In this document: piece after piece, positions 49,644 through 64,000 of the stretch
How positions within the stretch are numbered: the first letter of the stretch is position 1
Layout of the letters: each line of letters begins with the position of its first letter
DNA from: Raja brachyura
Lineage: Eukaryota
NCBI GenBank assembly: GCA_963514005.1
Contig: OY740792.1
Location: 12,214,001-12,278,000 of the forward strand
Direction of reading: 5' to 3'
DNA length: 64,000 nucleotides
Made by a program: the position numbers and the translations under genes
Notes under the pieces: generated by a model
Databases searched by the model: none
Seen by the model: the letters and a program-made list of their open reading frames with translations, nothing else
What the model was told of the DNA's origin: nothing

Positions 49644-52189
49644 CCTACATAGCTATAAGGTGAGAGGGGGAAATAGGGATTTGGTTTTTACACAGAGAGT
49701 GGTGTGGGCCTGGAACGCATTGCCAGTGGCAGTGGTGGAGGCAGATACAACAGTTGTGTTTCAGAGGTTTTTAGATAGGTACATGGAAGTGCAGGCAGAT
49801 GAGATCAGTTGAACTTGGCATGATGTTTGGCACAAACATTGTGGGCCGAATATATTATTCCATCTTCTATGTTGGAAGGGTTTACTTACCCAAGACAATC
49901 CATTTGAATTATTGTGGCAAGCTGCAGATATACACTTCAAGTAATGTGTCACTCGATAAAGCACGTCGATATCCCTGCGGTTTCACATAAAACTGTTATA
50001 AAACCCATGTTTTATACTCACCCATCTTTGCCTTCTCCAGATAATTATTCCAGAGCTCTCCTCATCTGTCCCCTTCCCTTTCCTTCTCTATATTACTCTC
50101 TTCCGATTCAGGTATAAGTCCTCCTTGCCCATCGTTCTCACAGTCTATTCATTTGTCAAACCCTCTATTCCTAACCTGAAGTTTAAATCCCATCTCACCA
50201 CTAGTGGTCGCCACTGGATAAATGCTGGTCGGACAGGGGTGTGTAATTAATGTAAATAAACCATGGCTTTCAGATAATCTGAGCTCACCACAGGTCAGGA
50301 GAGAAGGGAGGGTGGCTGTGACAGGTGCAAAATGAGAATCTTTGTGGAAGAGTAAAGGGCAAAGATAAACATGCCCTTTCATTCCCCAGAGAGTGGCACG
50401 GGTGGGGGATCGATTCGCGAAATTTGAAAAAATGTGTATAGACTGTATGGAACAATTTATATTGCCTCCGAAAATGTCGGATGGATTTTTCGCACGGTTG
50501 ATGTATTGTATATATTTATTACTTGAATAAAGTCTATTTTGAAATTTAAAAAAAAAATTCCCCAGAGAGTATACAAGATCACTCGTGTCAAAAGACTGTT
50601 TCTCTTTAGACAGACACGAAATGCTGGAGTAACTCAGTGGGACAGACAGCATCTCTGGAGAGAAGGAGTGGGTGATGTTTCGGGTCGATACCCTTCTTCA
50701 GACTGATGCCAGGGAAGAGGAAAACATAGATAAGGAAGTGTACGGTGTGAAAAAAGAACAAAGGGAATGGAGAAGGTTTGAAAACAGGACAAAGGGATGG
50801 AGTATCGATGTTTATAAAATAATGAAGGACATAGATAGCACAGATAGTCTGTGTTTTTTTTCTCTCAGGATGGGGGAATTTAGAATTAGAGGGCACAGGT
50901 TTAAGGTGAGAGGGGAGGAGATCTGAGGGGCACAGTTTTCACACAGAGGGTGGTGGACAAATGCAACAATCTGCCACAGATGGTAATAGAGGCAACCTTT
51001 AGAAAGGCACCTGGACAGGTACTTGGATAGAATACAGAGGGACATAGTTCTATGCAGAAAAATAGGATGTGTGTAGGTAAGGCATGGACACAATCGGCCG
51101 AAAGGCACGTTTCTAGCTCTATCATTCTGTAATTGACCAAGAACCAGGCTTGGTCAATTTATTGTCCTTTCAAGAAATAATATGTTCCAATCAATAGATT
51201 GCTGGAAGGTGTCACATCAAACATTATTGTGGGGAAATAACAGCTCACAGTAAAAAGGTAACACATTGGCACAGATATTTGGCTGGCAAAAGGAAACAGA
51301 TTAAACAGAAGTGTGTCTTTTTCTATTTGGCAAGAAGCAATGGGTGGCGTGCTGGAGTCGCAATATTTTATACTTTTCGATTTATATTAATTCTTGGAAG
51401 AAGGCGCTGAAGGTATTGCTTCTAAATTTACTGTTGATAAACTGTAAAAGTAGGCAAGAAAGTAAATTGTGAAGAGAACAAGGTGTGAGACTATAGAGGG
51501 ATATAGATAGGCTCAGTGTGTGGGTCCAGGACTACCACATTGAATGCAGTATGGGCGATGTGAAGTGTGGCAGAAGGAACTGCAGGTGCTTGTTTACACC
51601 AAAGACAGACACCAAACGCTGGAGTAACTCAGCGGGACAGGCAGCTTCTCCAGTCTGAAGAAGGGTTTTGCCCAGAAACGTCACCAATTCCTTCTCTCCA
51701 GAGATGCTGCCTGTCCCGCTGAGTTACTCCAACATTTTGTGTCTATCCCTGGGCAATGACATGTCCATTCGGCAGGCAAGGCTTGAGTTTGGAAGAATGA
51801 AAAAGAATTTTACAGAAATCTATAGGATTGCCACGGGATCTTGACAGGGCAAATCTATTAGTGGGGATAACTGTAAAAACGGGGACAATCCAATTTAGAT
51901 AGAGAGGAACCTATATTTCTCCCAGTTATTTCTCTCAGTCATTAGGAACTCCATTTTACCTTGTATTTTGTTGCATCATGGAAGGAAGCCTGAGCAATGT
52001 CATCAATTCTATTCCCCCACCTCTTGTCTTTAACCTATTCTCTCTCACATTCCCTTTAACCACTACCCCCCCCCCCCCCCCCCCCTATACACATACAATA
52101 CTATGACCACTCGTCCACCACTGGACAATTTAGTAGCTTATTCACCTAAGCACAGTGCATCTTTGGGATGTGGGAGGAGCAGCTGAAGG

Positions 52190-52790
52190 AAACCCCAGTA
52201 GATGTAACGCTGAGGCTTTATAATCCATTCGTCATGCCATATCTGGAATATATCAAGCAGATTTGGGCTCCATATCTCAAGAAGGATGTGCTGCCATTGG
52301 AGAGGGTCCAGAGGCGCTTTACAAGACAGATCCCTGGAATGATTGGATTAACATATGATGGGCATTTGACGGCACTGGGCCTGTACTCGTTGGAGTTTAG
52401 AAGGGTGAAGGGGGATCTCATGGAAACCTACTGAATAAGGAAGGCCTGGATAGTGGATGTGAATTGGATGTTTCCAGTAGTTAGAAAGTCTACGACCACA
52501 GGGCGCAGCCTCAGACTATAAGGACACGTCTTTAGAATGGTGATGAGGAGGAATTTCATTAATCTGAGGGTGGTGACTCTGTGGAATTCATTGCCACAGA
52601 TGGCTGTGGAGGCCAAGTCATTGGGTGTTTAAAGCGGAGATTGATAGGTTGTTAATTAGTAAGGGCGTCAAAGGTTTTGAGGAGAGGGCAAGAGAATGGA
52701 ATTGAGTGGTAAAAAATAGATCAGCCATGAATGAATGGCAAAGTAGACTCAATGGGCCAAATGGCCTATTTCCATTCCTATGCCTTATGG
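52190..52790 (+). mobile_element. Degenerate CR1 3' fragment
   Basis: ORF 52168-52434 (PYLEY...RVQRRFTR...LYSLEFRR). Confidence 0.85.
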
Positions 52791-53659
52791 TCACTGGGAA
52801 AGCTCTCCACAGACATTAGTCGGGGTCAGAAGATAAACACAAAATGCTGGAGTAACTCAGCGGGACAGGCAGTGTCTATGGAGAGAAGGAATGGGTGACG
52901 TTTTGGGTTGAGAACCTTCTTCAGACCAGTGTCAGGACTGAATCCAGGTCCCTGGGGGATTGAGGTAGCACCACCCTGCTGCAAACCAAGGTGGCAGTAG
53001 AGGTTTTGAATATAGTTAAGGCAGAAGCAGACTGATACTTGATAACCGAAGCGTGAATGTTCACCCTGTATAGCAGTGAGAAAGTAAAGTGGAGATTAAA
53101 AGCAGATAAGCCACAATCTCATTAAATGGCAAAATAGCTCGGTGGCCTATTCTTGCAGCCACTTCATGTGCTCCTTTGTAAGCGAAGAAGTTGACCACAT
53201 TTACAGAAACAGTGAGTTGCTATTAACCAGCATTTGACTGAGATATTGAACCTCTCTGCGTATGTCACAGAGGATCTCTGAGCTGGTCACTGCTGGATTC
53301 CATTGCAAACCTGCGTCATCCTAACACTGTGAGATGTTTTAGGTTTCACAGTGTATACGTGTTCTGGTTGAATTGAAATGAGTTGAATCGAATTGAAAGA
53401 TACAGCATGGAAACAGTCCCTTCGGCCCACTGCGTCCAGGCTGGGCATTGATCACTCGTTCGCACTAGTCCGATGTTATCCGACTTTCTCATCCACTCCC
53501 GATGCGCTGGGGGCAATTCACAGAGGCCAATTAACCTACAAACCCGCACACCTTTGGGATGTGGAAGAGCTAAAACGGAGCACCGGGAGGATCACAGGGA
53601 GAACGTGCAAACTCGAGATAGACAACGCCCGGATTGAACCTGAGTCTTTAGCGCTGTAA

Positions 53660-53886
53660 AGGGCCTGTCCCACTTTCACGGCCTAATTCATGACCTCTGC
53701 CGAGTTTGCCCTTGACTCATACTCGCAGCATGGTCATCACAAGGTCATTGGAGGTCGTAGGTAGGCCGTGATGTTAGTCGCAGGTACTCGTGGCATCAAG
53801 TAGGTCGGGGCGTTTTTCTAGCATGATGAAAAACGTCCACGAGTGAAAAAGGTAGTGAATTAGGTGGTGAAAGTGGGACAGGTCCT
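53660..53886. mobile_element. PIF/Harbinger-type MITE inside a V-SINE
   Basis: TIR AGGGCCTGTCCCACTTTCAC / GTGAAAGTGGGACAGGTCCT; TAA TSD. Confidence 0.8.
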
Positions 53887-54831
53887 TAAGGCAGCAGCTC
53901 TGTGCCACCCTGGATTAATGGTCATTTGACATCCTATGGTGAGGTATCTGAGACTCACTACTACAATGTTGCATCAAACGTGCCTGTAAAACTGCAGCAA
54001 GTAAGAATGTAATTGTCCTGGTGCACATCGGATGCATATGACAGATAAACACACTTGACTCTTCACTCTTCAAGATTGATGTTTTCAGATTTTCTATGGC
54101 ATCGACTGCAAGAATTTGAAAAACTATAATCTGATTTCATTTAAAAAAAAAGTCTGATTCTGCTGTATATCTTGCCGAATGTTGTATGTTGTAGTACATC
54201 CTTGTTTTGCCAAATGTTCCACTCTGCAGGAACTGTCCTCTTGCGAACTAGAGAGTGGTCCTGACCTCCCATCTACCTCACTGGAATCATTGAACTATCT
54301 TCAGTTGGTCTTTACTGGACTTTATCTTGCACTAAACATTATAGCCTTTATCCTGTATTTATACACTGTGGATTGCTTGATCGTAATCATGTATAGCCTT
54401 TTCATTGACTGGATAGCACGCAACACCAAAAAAGCTTTTCACTGTACCTCGGTATAGGTGATTCTAATAAACTAAACTAAACTTAACACAGAAGCTTAAA
54501 AACTAGGAAGACAAGGTCATTTGGCCCTTCAAGCCTGCTCCATCTTTCAATAAGATCGTGGTTGATTCTGTACTTCAATATCATGTTCCTACTCTTTCAC
54601 CATCTATCTGTCACACTGGACATTATTCTGTCACTGACTTAAATATATTCTGCGATTTGTGGAAAAGGTTTCCTCTTGTGGTAGAGAATTCCATCTCAGT
54701 CCTAAATGCCTTATCCATACCTTGAGATTGTGACTTCTTGTTGAAGATACCTTGCCAGGAAGAAAAATCATGTCTACATCTAGTCTAAGAACTTCTCTCA
54801 ACCGTTTGTATGTTTCAATGAAATCCCCTCT

Positions 54832-56219
54832 TTTGTATACTTTTATAACTCTGTGTGTGTGTGGGTGTACGGCGTGTTGCATTTGATTCATTACTCCGCG
54901 CCTACCGGACACAAAAATGCCGAGATTTTTACCATTTCGCTAGCGATTTTACTTTTACATTCGCACATCAACTCCTTGGTCAATTATTTCACCAGATTTT
55001 GAGTAAAATTGATCACAAAACCCAAGCACAACTCAATTTTTATGATCTAAACAGCTCTTACCAGCTGCTGACGTCACAATGCCCACATGCCGACCAATCC
55101 AGGCCCACCTGCCTCAAGTATGCTCCAAGTATGCTCGTGCCATGCCTCCCGCTGCTGGACTCCAGTATGCCTCCACATACGCTTGCACCACGCCTCCCGC
55201 TGCTGGACTCACCTCCCCACCTGCCCGCTCACTCCAACCCCCCCCCCCCACTTCACCTCTCTCCCCATCCTCTCCTTCCTCTCCCCCTCCTCTCCCCCCC
55301 TTCACCCCCACTCGTCCTCTCCCCCCAGACAGAGCAGAATGTCAGCTATTGCCAGAACCGCTACAATAGGCGCAATGGTCCTTCCTATAGTGAACCCTGC
55401 TGCTGCTCACAGTCTCTGATGGGGCCGCTTTCACAGACTTAACCATGAGTGGCCCCCACGTTTAACCAGGGCTCTGGGAACTCGGCATCTGATGGGGACG
55501 AGGAAGCTTCCAGAGGGAAGGCAGGGGCAACTTAGAATCAAGCAGCAGAGTGGCTCCCATAATGGATTCATTCCACAGTGAGTTCAGTTCGGTAACAACT
55601 GCCCCTCTCCCCCTCTCCTCTCCCCCTCTCCCCCTCCATCCTCTCCCCCTTCTCCCCCCCATACTCTTCCCCCCTTCTCTCCCATCCCCTCCTCTCCACC
55701 CTCCTCTCCCCCCTCTCTCCCCCTCTCCCTTTCACTCCTCCGATCCATACTCACCCCTCCCCCCTCTCACCCCTCCCCCCTCTCACCCCTCCCCCTCTCA
55801 CCCCTCCCCCCTCTTACCCCCTCTGCCCCTCCCCCTCCCTTCCCCCACCTCTCCCCCTCTCCCCCTCCCTTCCAACCCTCCATCTCCTCCCCTCCACCCC
55901 CTCTCCCTCTGTCTCTTGCCCCTCTCTCTGTCTCTGCCCCTCTCTCTCTGTCTCTGCCCCTTCTCTTTCTGCCCTCACTCTCTACCCCCACCCCCCCCCC
56001 CCCCCCCCCAGAAGTGCCTGCAATTTGGGGGCTATGCGTCAGTAGATAGGGCCGTTATGGGGTAAAAGGAGCAAATTAATAATATTAATATAATATCAAG
56101 GGGGTAGTTAGCATGTGTGAGGGGGAAGGGGGTCGTTAGTGTGTGTGACGCCGCATGCTGCCCCCATCCCCGCAACCGCATGTTGGGGAACAGACCCAAC
56201 GGGTCTGCACTTGGTCTAG
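54832..56219 (+). mobile_element. Non-autonomous Helitron inserted in a CR1 (5' end approximate)
   Basis: 3' hairpin CAGACCC-AAC-GGGTCTG (56191-56207) then CTAG|T; no TSD; the host CR1 resumes afterwards. Confidence 0.7.
55600..56010 (+). repeat. C/T-rich low-complexity tract inside the Helitron
   Basis: About 400 bp of almost pure pyrimidines. Confidence 0.9.
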
Positions 56220-58231
56220 TATTCTTCTTCTGGTGAATACAGGCTATGTCCACCAAATCTCTCATCATATGATATCATATGAATTGGTTTGAATTGGCAA
56301 AATATATTTTCTTAGATATGGTGACTAAAATTGCTCACTATATCTATGTGTAGACTCACCAACTCCCTGTATAATTATTGTAGTATATCTTAATTTTTAA
56401 TGCTTAAGATCTCTTGCAATGAAGACCATCATCCCATTTGTCTTCATAACTAATTCTGCACTTGCATGTCATTTTTCATTTCTTGAGTTATTTGCATTTT
56501 CTTCAATGAAGACAGAGCCAAATTATATGTTTAATTACACTGGAACTTTTTGTTTCCCATTAAAATGTCTTTCATTTTGACTGTGAGGCAATCACATCTG
56601 TGTTCATTAATCCTTTTCTCTTTACATACTTGCAGAAACTTTTACAATTTGCCGTTATGATCCTTGAAAGTTTTCTCTCATACTCCTATTCTTCAACTCT
56701 TACTCAAATCCTTGATTTTTTTTGCTGTATTTTAAACTGCTCCCAATTCTTAGAGTTGCCACATATTCTGGCTGATGTATATATTGTATTTGGATCTAAG
56801 ACCTCTGCACCTTTTGCTACTGGCCTCCTATTAGGTACTTTGAAGGGGTTTGGTTACATTTCAGAGTCTCATCCAAGATTTAATTTGCACTTGCAAGTTG
56901 AAATTGTAAGTGTTGTGACTTATTTCAGGTTTCGAAGAGCAATAATGAAAAAACAAACTGTGCACACATGCTTTCTACGGGATCTACTGATTAATGGCCA
57001 CCAGTGGGAACTGGTCTATTCTCCCCCCACTTGGCTCATCACAATGGCGCAGCGGTTGAGTTGCTGCCTTACAGTGCCAGAGACCCGGGTTCGATCCTGA
57101 CTACGGGCGATGTCTCTACGGAATTTGTACGTTCTCGCTTTGACCGCGTGGGTTTTCCGCCGGTGCTCCGGTTTCCTCCCACACTCCAAAGAAGTACAGG
57201 TTTGTAGGTTAATTGGCTTTGGTAAAATTGTAAATTGTCCCTAGTGTGTCGGATAGTACCAGTGTGCGGGCATCGCTGGTCGGCACAGACACAGTGGGCT
57301 GACTGGCCCGTTGCCACGTTGTATCACTAAACCAAATCTAGCCAAGATCAGCCACTAGCCTACAACTCAGTAGGATGTGGTTAATATTCTATGTGTTAAT
57401 CTTCAAAAGACAGCAATGCATTTTTTAAACAGAGTTAGCCCCAGTTTTACCAGGTTGGAGGAAGTCTACTGGGCTTTCTAGTTAAAATAATTTAGCAAAT
57501 GGTCTTTCAATCCGCACCGTGTTATTTTAAATTTCATGCGTGACCATTAAGAATGGAAGGGAAACTGTATTATGCATGATTATGAGATGGGAACAATGCA
57601 TCAAAGTTCGAGTGTGACAGAGCAGCTAAATAATAAATGAGAATTTCATTCCAAGACAAATGTTGAATGTACATTCTGAAACAATTCCATTAAACAGTAA
57701 CTTGTTTTATAAATGTATGGTATGTGCCTTGTGGTAAGGAATATTGCAATGAAATGTCTCCATCAAAGCCCAGCATGTGACATTATTATACAAGTATTTT
57801 AGCCATTTGAGTTATTTTAATAAATATGTTAAATGGTTTATAGCTGATAAAATGATGCCATTCATTTGTGGCGTCCCTCAGCTAAAATGATTTTTTAAAA
57901 CTCTATACATTAGGCTGAAGCAGGGAGCTAATATACACTCTGAAGAAGAGTCTGTATGTAGTTTGAAGAAGGACCTCAACCAAAAACGTCACCCATTCCT
58001 CCTCTCTAGAGATGCTGCCTGTCTCGCTGAGCTACTCCAGCATTTTGTATCTACCTTTGAGCTAATGGTGGGCACACTTAGTATTTTAACTTAATTGCCT
58101 TCCCCAGACACCGGAAACATAACAGCATCTTTAGCAGATATCTATACTTTGTTATCGGACTGATTTGCTTATTTTGGAGATAGTTGCTAATTACCTCATG
58201 GTCAAAGTTCAACAGTGGCACAGCTGGTAGA

Positions 58232-58650
58232 GCTTGTATACTCTAGAATTTAGAAGGGTGGGAAGGGATCTTATTGAAACAGATAAGAATACTAAGGGTT
58301 TGGACACGCTAGAGGCAGGAAACATGTTCCCGATGTTGGGGGAGTCCAGAACTAGGGGCCACAGTTTAAGAATAAGGGGTAAGCCACTTAGAACGGAGAT
58401 GAGGAAACACTTTTTCACACACAGTTGTGAGTGTGGAATTCTCTGCCTCAGAGGGCGGTGGAGGCCGGTTCTCTGGATACTTTCAAGAGAGAGCGAGATA
58501 GGGCTCTTAAAGATAGCGGAGTCAGAGGATATGGGAAGAAGGCAGGAACGGGGTACTGATTGTGGGTGATCAGCCATGATCACATTGAATGGAGGTGCTG
58601 GCTCGAAGGGCCAAATGGCCTACTCCTGCATCTATTGTCTATTGTCTATT
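58232..58650 (+). mobile_element. CR1 3' fragment
   Basis: LYTLEFRR...SRTRGHSL; (CTATTGT)n tail. Confidence 0.85.
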
Positions 58651-60627
58651 GCTGCCTCACAGCGCCTGAGACCTGAGTTCGATCCTGGCTACGGATGCTG
58701 TCTGTGTGGAGCTTGCACGTTCTTCCTTTGTCTGCGTGGGTTTTTACAGGTACTCCGTTTTGCTCCCGCATTCCAAAGACGTGCAGGTTTGTAGGTTAAT
58801 TGCTTTCTGTAAATTCCCTCTAGAGTGTAGGATGCAAAACTAGGTTAACATAGAACAAGTGCACAGGGTGATTGTTGGTCGGCGCGGACTCGGTGGGCCG
58901 AAAGGCCTGTTTCCACGCTGTATTTCTAAACTAAAGCTAACTTTTCAAAACAAAGAACATACAGCACCAGAACAGACCCTTCGGCCCATAATGTTTGTGC
59001 CGAACATGATACCAAGAGCAACTCTAATCTGTCTACACGTAATCCATATCCTTCTATTCCCTGCATAAGACATAAAAGACATTTAGGACATGAAATTATT
59101 TTTCAGAATGGTCTGTGGGACTAATTGACTAAAAGTTTACTTTCATATCTAGCTGAAAAAATATTTCTGCGTTTCATTCTACAAATGAGGACAAGGCATC
59201 AATTGAAACATCTACAAATAGCAACAGTAAGAACCATGTACCTTTCACTTGTAAGACCCAAGATGGGATTCTTCATCTAGATTGTCATCTTAGTGTGTGT
59301 TAATTGTCCCTAGTGTGTGTAGGATAGTCCTAGTGTACGGGGATCGCTGGTCAGCACCGACTCAGCCTGTTCCCGTGCTGTATCTCTAAATCAAACTAAA
59401 CTAAACTAAATCGTGCCAAGATAAGCCACTTGGTCTGCAACTAAGTAGGATGATCTTAATAAGGAAATTAAACTGAGTGTGATGAGGGGGAGGGAAGGGC
59501 TTATACCAGCCTCATGATACTGATGGTTGAGAGCTTGAAGGAACACAGGGAGAACATACGGAATACACACACACAACACGAGAAAAAGACCCTGGTCACC
59601 GGAGCTGTGAGGCAGTAATTTCCTGTGTTAGACCCAGCCACTTAAGATATTGGAGCAGGGAATTATTCAATCATTGCATTAATCAATATAGATAGATCTA
59701 TAAATAAGTAGATGAAGAGATCCAAACCTGATTATTGGCTTTCTACAAAATCATGTCCACAAACAAATCAATTGATTCTCTCCACACTCCCATCATATCC
59801 CGTTGGAGGTAGACAAAAGTGCTGGAGAAACTCAGCGGGTGCAGCAGCATCTATGGGGCGAAGGAGATAGGCAAAGTTTTGGGCCAAAACCCTTCTTCAT
59901 ATCCCATTGGGAATAGCCAGAGTGTGGAGAGAAATACTTGGTTTGCTTTGGGACTCATGATTTTAGTTTAGTTTAGAGATACAACGTGGAAACATACCGT
60001 TCGGCCCACCAAGTCCACACCGACCATCGATCACCCATACACTAGATGTATGTTATCCCACTTTTGCATCTTACACATTAGGGGCAATTTCGCAGAAGCT
60101 TAATGACCTACACGGGCGGTCACGGCGGTGCAGCTGTAGAGTTGCTGCCTTACAGCGCTTGCAGTGTCAGAGACCCGGGTTCGATCCCGTCTATGGGTGC
60201 TGTCTGTACGGAGTTTGTACATTCTCCCCGCGTGGGTTTTCTCCGAGATCTTCTGTTCCCTCCTACACTCCAAAGACATACAGGTTTGTAGGTTAATTGG
60301 CTTGGTATAAATGTAAAATTGTCCCTAGTGAGAAGGGTACTGTTAATGTGCGGGGATCGCTGGTCAGTGCATGCACGGCGGGGCAAAGTGCCTGTTTCCG
60401 CTCTGTCCCTCTAAACTAAACTAAAGCCAAACCAGCGGGATGGATGAGAATGGATTTGCTGACTGCTGCGGGGCTACAGGCACCGTTTGCTGGGTACCCT
60501 CTCTTTCTATACCACACCCTTCCCTCTGAGCCACTACAATCAGGGGGGGGGGGGGCTGGATTAAGCTGGGAGTGCTGAACAGACTCACTCACTCACTCAC
60601 TCACTCACTCACTCACTCACTCACTGT

Positions 60628-61095
60628 GTCAATGGTTCAACGGTTCCTCATTGTCACATGCACAACACAGTGATATTCTTTTGCACATCCACAAATGCAC
60701 AATCCCCACAACTTTGGCGCCGTTAAAAAAATGAGAAACCCCCCAAGAAAACCAAAACAGTCCAAAGTGCAAAGTCCAGTCCACATGTTGGAAGTTCTGG
60801 AGCGCCCCCGATCCAGGTAACCTGACATCCCTCTCCTCTGCCAACTGCCTCTGAGTCCCAAGGGGGGTGCCTGCAGCCAACCCTGAAGCATTGGAGGTAA
60901 TACCCATCTCTCTCTCCTACCGGCCTATTCCTCATGTCCATTGTCGCCAGCGGCTCCCACCTCAATTCTCCGGTCTTCTGGGCTCCAAGCTTCCCCCGCA
61001 CGTGGGTCCCGGCTGGCGGCCACTCTCCTTGCTCCCGCCACTTTCTTCTCCGCACAGCTCATTCTGTCACCCTCTCCCACAAACAGGTCTTGTTC
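60628..61095 (-). mobile_element. Non-coding element with a Rex1-like 3' end
   Basis: Minus strand ends gcaaaagaatatcactgtgttgtgcatgtgacaatgaggaaccgttgaacc, resembling the Rex1 tails elsewhere in the window. Confidence 0.5.
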
Positions 61096-63409
61096 ATTTC
61101 TGACTAGAACAGGTGGCAAACTCGTAGAGTGAGACAGCCCTTCGGCCCAACTCGTCCATGCCAAACATGAAGAAGGGGGCGGCACAGTGGCGCAGTGGTA
61201 GAGTTGCTGCCTTACAGCGCCACAGTCCTGGGTTCGATCCTAACCTCGGGTGGTGTCTGTGCAGAATTGGTACGTTCTCCCTGTGACCGCGTGGGTTTTC
61301 ATCGGGTGCTCCAGTTTCCTCCCACACTCCAAAGGCGTATGGGTTTGTAGGGTAATTGACTTCTGTAAAATTGTCCCTAGTGTGTAGGATAGTGCTAGTG
61401 TACAGTGTGATCACTGGTCAGCATGGACTCAGTAGACCGAAGAGCTTGTTTCTGTGCTGTATCTCTCATCTGTATCTGTTTCTCTCTGTAACTGTGATTA
61501 ATTGAATAAAATCACTTTGTTAAGAAAAAAAAAATGCCAGGGACCAGGGGTGAGACACAGATTTTGGGTGGCTTACAACCCAACAGCATGAACATTCATC
61601 TTGTTGAACAGTTATGAACAGTCCTCAGGAATGAACTATATCCTAACTGGGGACTGTCTCGAGAGATCATAGGTAAAACTGTGTAATGTGGCAAAGGTTC
61701 AGGAGGCAGATTTCACAGAATAATCAGACTGTTGACCATCTGTGGTTCCTCCTTTGATTCCATCAGCTTCGGCCCCTAAGGAACATTCAATAACCGCTCT
61801 TGAAAGGATGCTCGTCCCAAACTCTATACCACTCGGGGAAGATGTTTTTTGATGGAATCAGAGGTCAGGTCCCATAGTGGAGCTGCTCTCCGAGTGCGTA
61901 CCACACATGTTCGTGATCGCATGCACACGTGTGTGTGTGTCATTGACCAGGGGGTTGAGTGTGTAATATGACACTGCTGGTACATCGTCAAATGCTGCAG
62001 TAGCCGGGATATCATCTTTTAGATGGAAAACAAATCCTAAACAATCTCTGCCGACACTTCCCCTCCACTTCAAATCACATCATTCCTTGCATTAAGGGCT
62101 CGATGCAGTTGGGAGTCCATTAATCCAAAGGTTCAATGGCCCTTGTGCATCAGCCATTACAATTCATTTTCGGGTCAAGCATCTGAGCTTTATCACACTG
62201 AATCGTTTGCACTATAATCACTTAGATGGGGCACCTTGGTCAGATATGACCTTCTTTATCCCTTGGAGGGGTGATCTTATACAGGTGTATAAAACAACAA
62301 GGGGAATAGATAGGGTGAATGCATAGTCTTTTTCCCAGGGCCGGGGGAATCAAGAAGCAGAGGACATTGGTTTAAGGTGTGAGGGGAAAATGTAGTAAGA
62401 ACCTGAGGGGCACGCTTTCACACAGAGGGTGGTGGATATGTGGGCCGAACGGCCAGTGCAGTAGTTGTGATGGGTAACAATGACAACATTTAAAAGACAT
62501 TTGGATAGATACATCAGTATGAAAGGCTTAGAGGGATATGGGCTAATTGCTGGCAAATGGTACTAGCTGAGATCAGTCATCCTGGTTGTCATAGAGCTAT
62601 AGATTCATAGTGATACAGCGTGGAAACAGGCCATTCGGCCCAACTTGCCCACACCGGCCAACATGTCCCAGCTACACTAGTCCCACCAGCCCAGGTTTGG
62701 TCTATATCCCTCCAATCCTGTCCTATACATCTATTTTATTTTTAATGTTGGGGTCAACTACTTCGTCTGGCAGGTTGTTCCATACACCCACCACTCTTTG
62801 GGTGATATGGATGCATGTCATGGATGAGTTGGCCCGAAGGGCCTGTTTCTGTGCCATATGACTCTATGACAGATCCTATTGCCAAAAATACCACGCGGGC
62901 TGTAAAGTGCCTTGCAAATGGGAGAACAGATATAAATGCAAGTCTAATCCATCTGCTTTGTTCATGGGAGTAACCAGGAATTAGATTAGTAACATTGAAC
63001 ATCCAACAATACATCTCGTCTGTGAGCTTACAAGTACTTTGCCATCTTCCAGGAGAGACCATGTCACTGTTCATTTCTCTAACACAATCTGCACCATCAA
63101 TATAATTGCTTTATGTGTATCTCGGGGATGTTAAAAGTGACTCGTGGACTTTTGCCAGACGCCTTTGTTGCACTGTGCATATTTGCATTTTGACTGATGA
63201 TGGAGGTTTGTACGATTGATTTGGAAATTAACCTCCACCTGAATTTTATTATCATTTTAAGTAATGGGCGTTCTGCAATTTAATTGTAATCAGCACAATC
63301 AATTTTAGCTCAAGTACAATAAGTGCCCGCGAACCATTCAGCAGCTGACGTTGTGGATCTCACCACTCACCAACTCTGAAAGGAATGTGCAGAAAGGAAC
63401 TGCAGGTAG

Positions 63410-63993
63410 GAGTTGTACAGAGCCCTAGTGAGACCATACCTGGAGTATTGTGTGCAGTTTTGGTCCCCTCATTCGAGGAAGGACATTCTTGCTATTGAGG
63501 GAGTGCAGCGTAGGTTTACAAGGTTAATTCCCGGGATGGCGGGACTGTCATATGCTGAGAGAAAGGAACGGCTGGGCTTGTACACTCTGGAGTTTAGAAG
63601 GATGAGAGGGGTTCTCATTTAAACATATAAGATTGTTAAGGGCTGGAACACACTAGAGGCAGGAAACATGTTCCCGATGTTGGAGGAGTTCAGAACCAGG
63701 GGCCACAGTTTAAGAATAAGGAGTAAGCCATTTAGAACGGAGACGAGGAAACAGAGAGTTGTGAGTCTGTGAAATTCTCTGCCTCAGAGAGTGGTGGAGG
63801 CGGGTTCTCTGGATGCTTTCAAGAGAGAGCTAGATAGGGCTCTTAAAAATAGCGGAGTCAGGGGATATGGGGAGAAGGCAGGAACGGGGAACTGATTGGG
63901 GATGATTAGCCATAATCACATTAAATGGCGATGCTGGCTCGAAGGGCCAAATGGCCTACTCCTGCGCCTATTGTCTATTGTCTATTGTCTATT
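63410..63993 (+). mobile_element. CR1 3' fragment
   Basis: ORF 63413-63622; (CTATTGT)n tail. Confidence 0.88.
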
Positions 63994-64000
63994 GCAGATG

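Noticed and set aside
54855-56065. Pro-rich ORFs
   Set aside because: Translations of C/T low-complexity tracts.

Overview
Vertebrate genomic DNA, very likely from a cartilaginous fish (skate or ray); this is inferred from the HE1-type V-SINEs, CR1 LINEs and Penelope-derived palindromes. The only host gene I can support is the 3' half of an IGSF5/JAM4-like gene on the + strand: second Ig exon 9679-9978, TM exon 17614-17733, cytoplasmic exons 21681-21705 and 24761-24873, one unresolved linker exon, and a terminal exon 45365-45472 ending ...KIRHVTVV*. Most of the rest is nested transposable elements: CR1, Rex1/Babar, L1/Tx1, Penelope, V-SINE, Gypsy, Harbinger- and hAT-type MITEs and a Helitron. 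There is also one assembly gap. Four intronic structures stand out. (1) A TSD-flanked Gypsy LTR element whose gag-pol is replaced by an antisense, intronless SPAG5/astrin copy (33571-36913). (2) A Gypsy element bounded by terminal inverted repeats, with gag-RT and integrase on opposite strands and a clean 5-bp TSD (13078-17287). (3) An SVA-like composite retroposon with a GC-rich VNTR and a Rex1-type tail (20220-21359). (4) Ribozyme-like motifs in the Penelope repeats and in a short (GAA)n-tailed retroposon. All family and gene assignments rest on recalled sequence similarity, not database searches.
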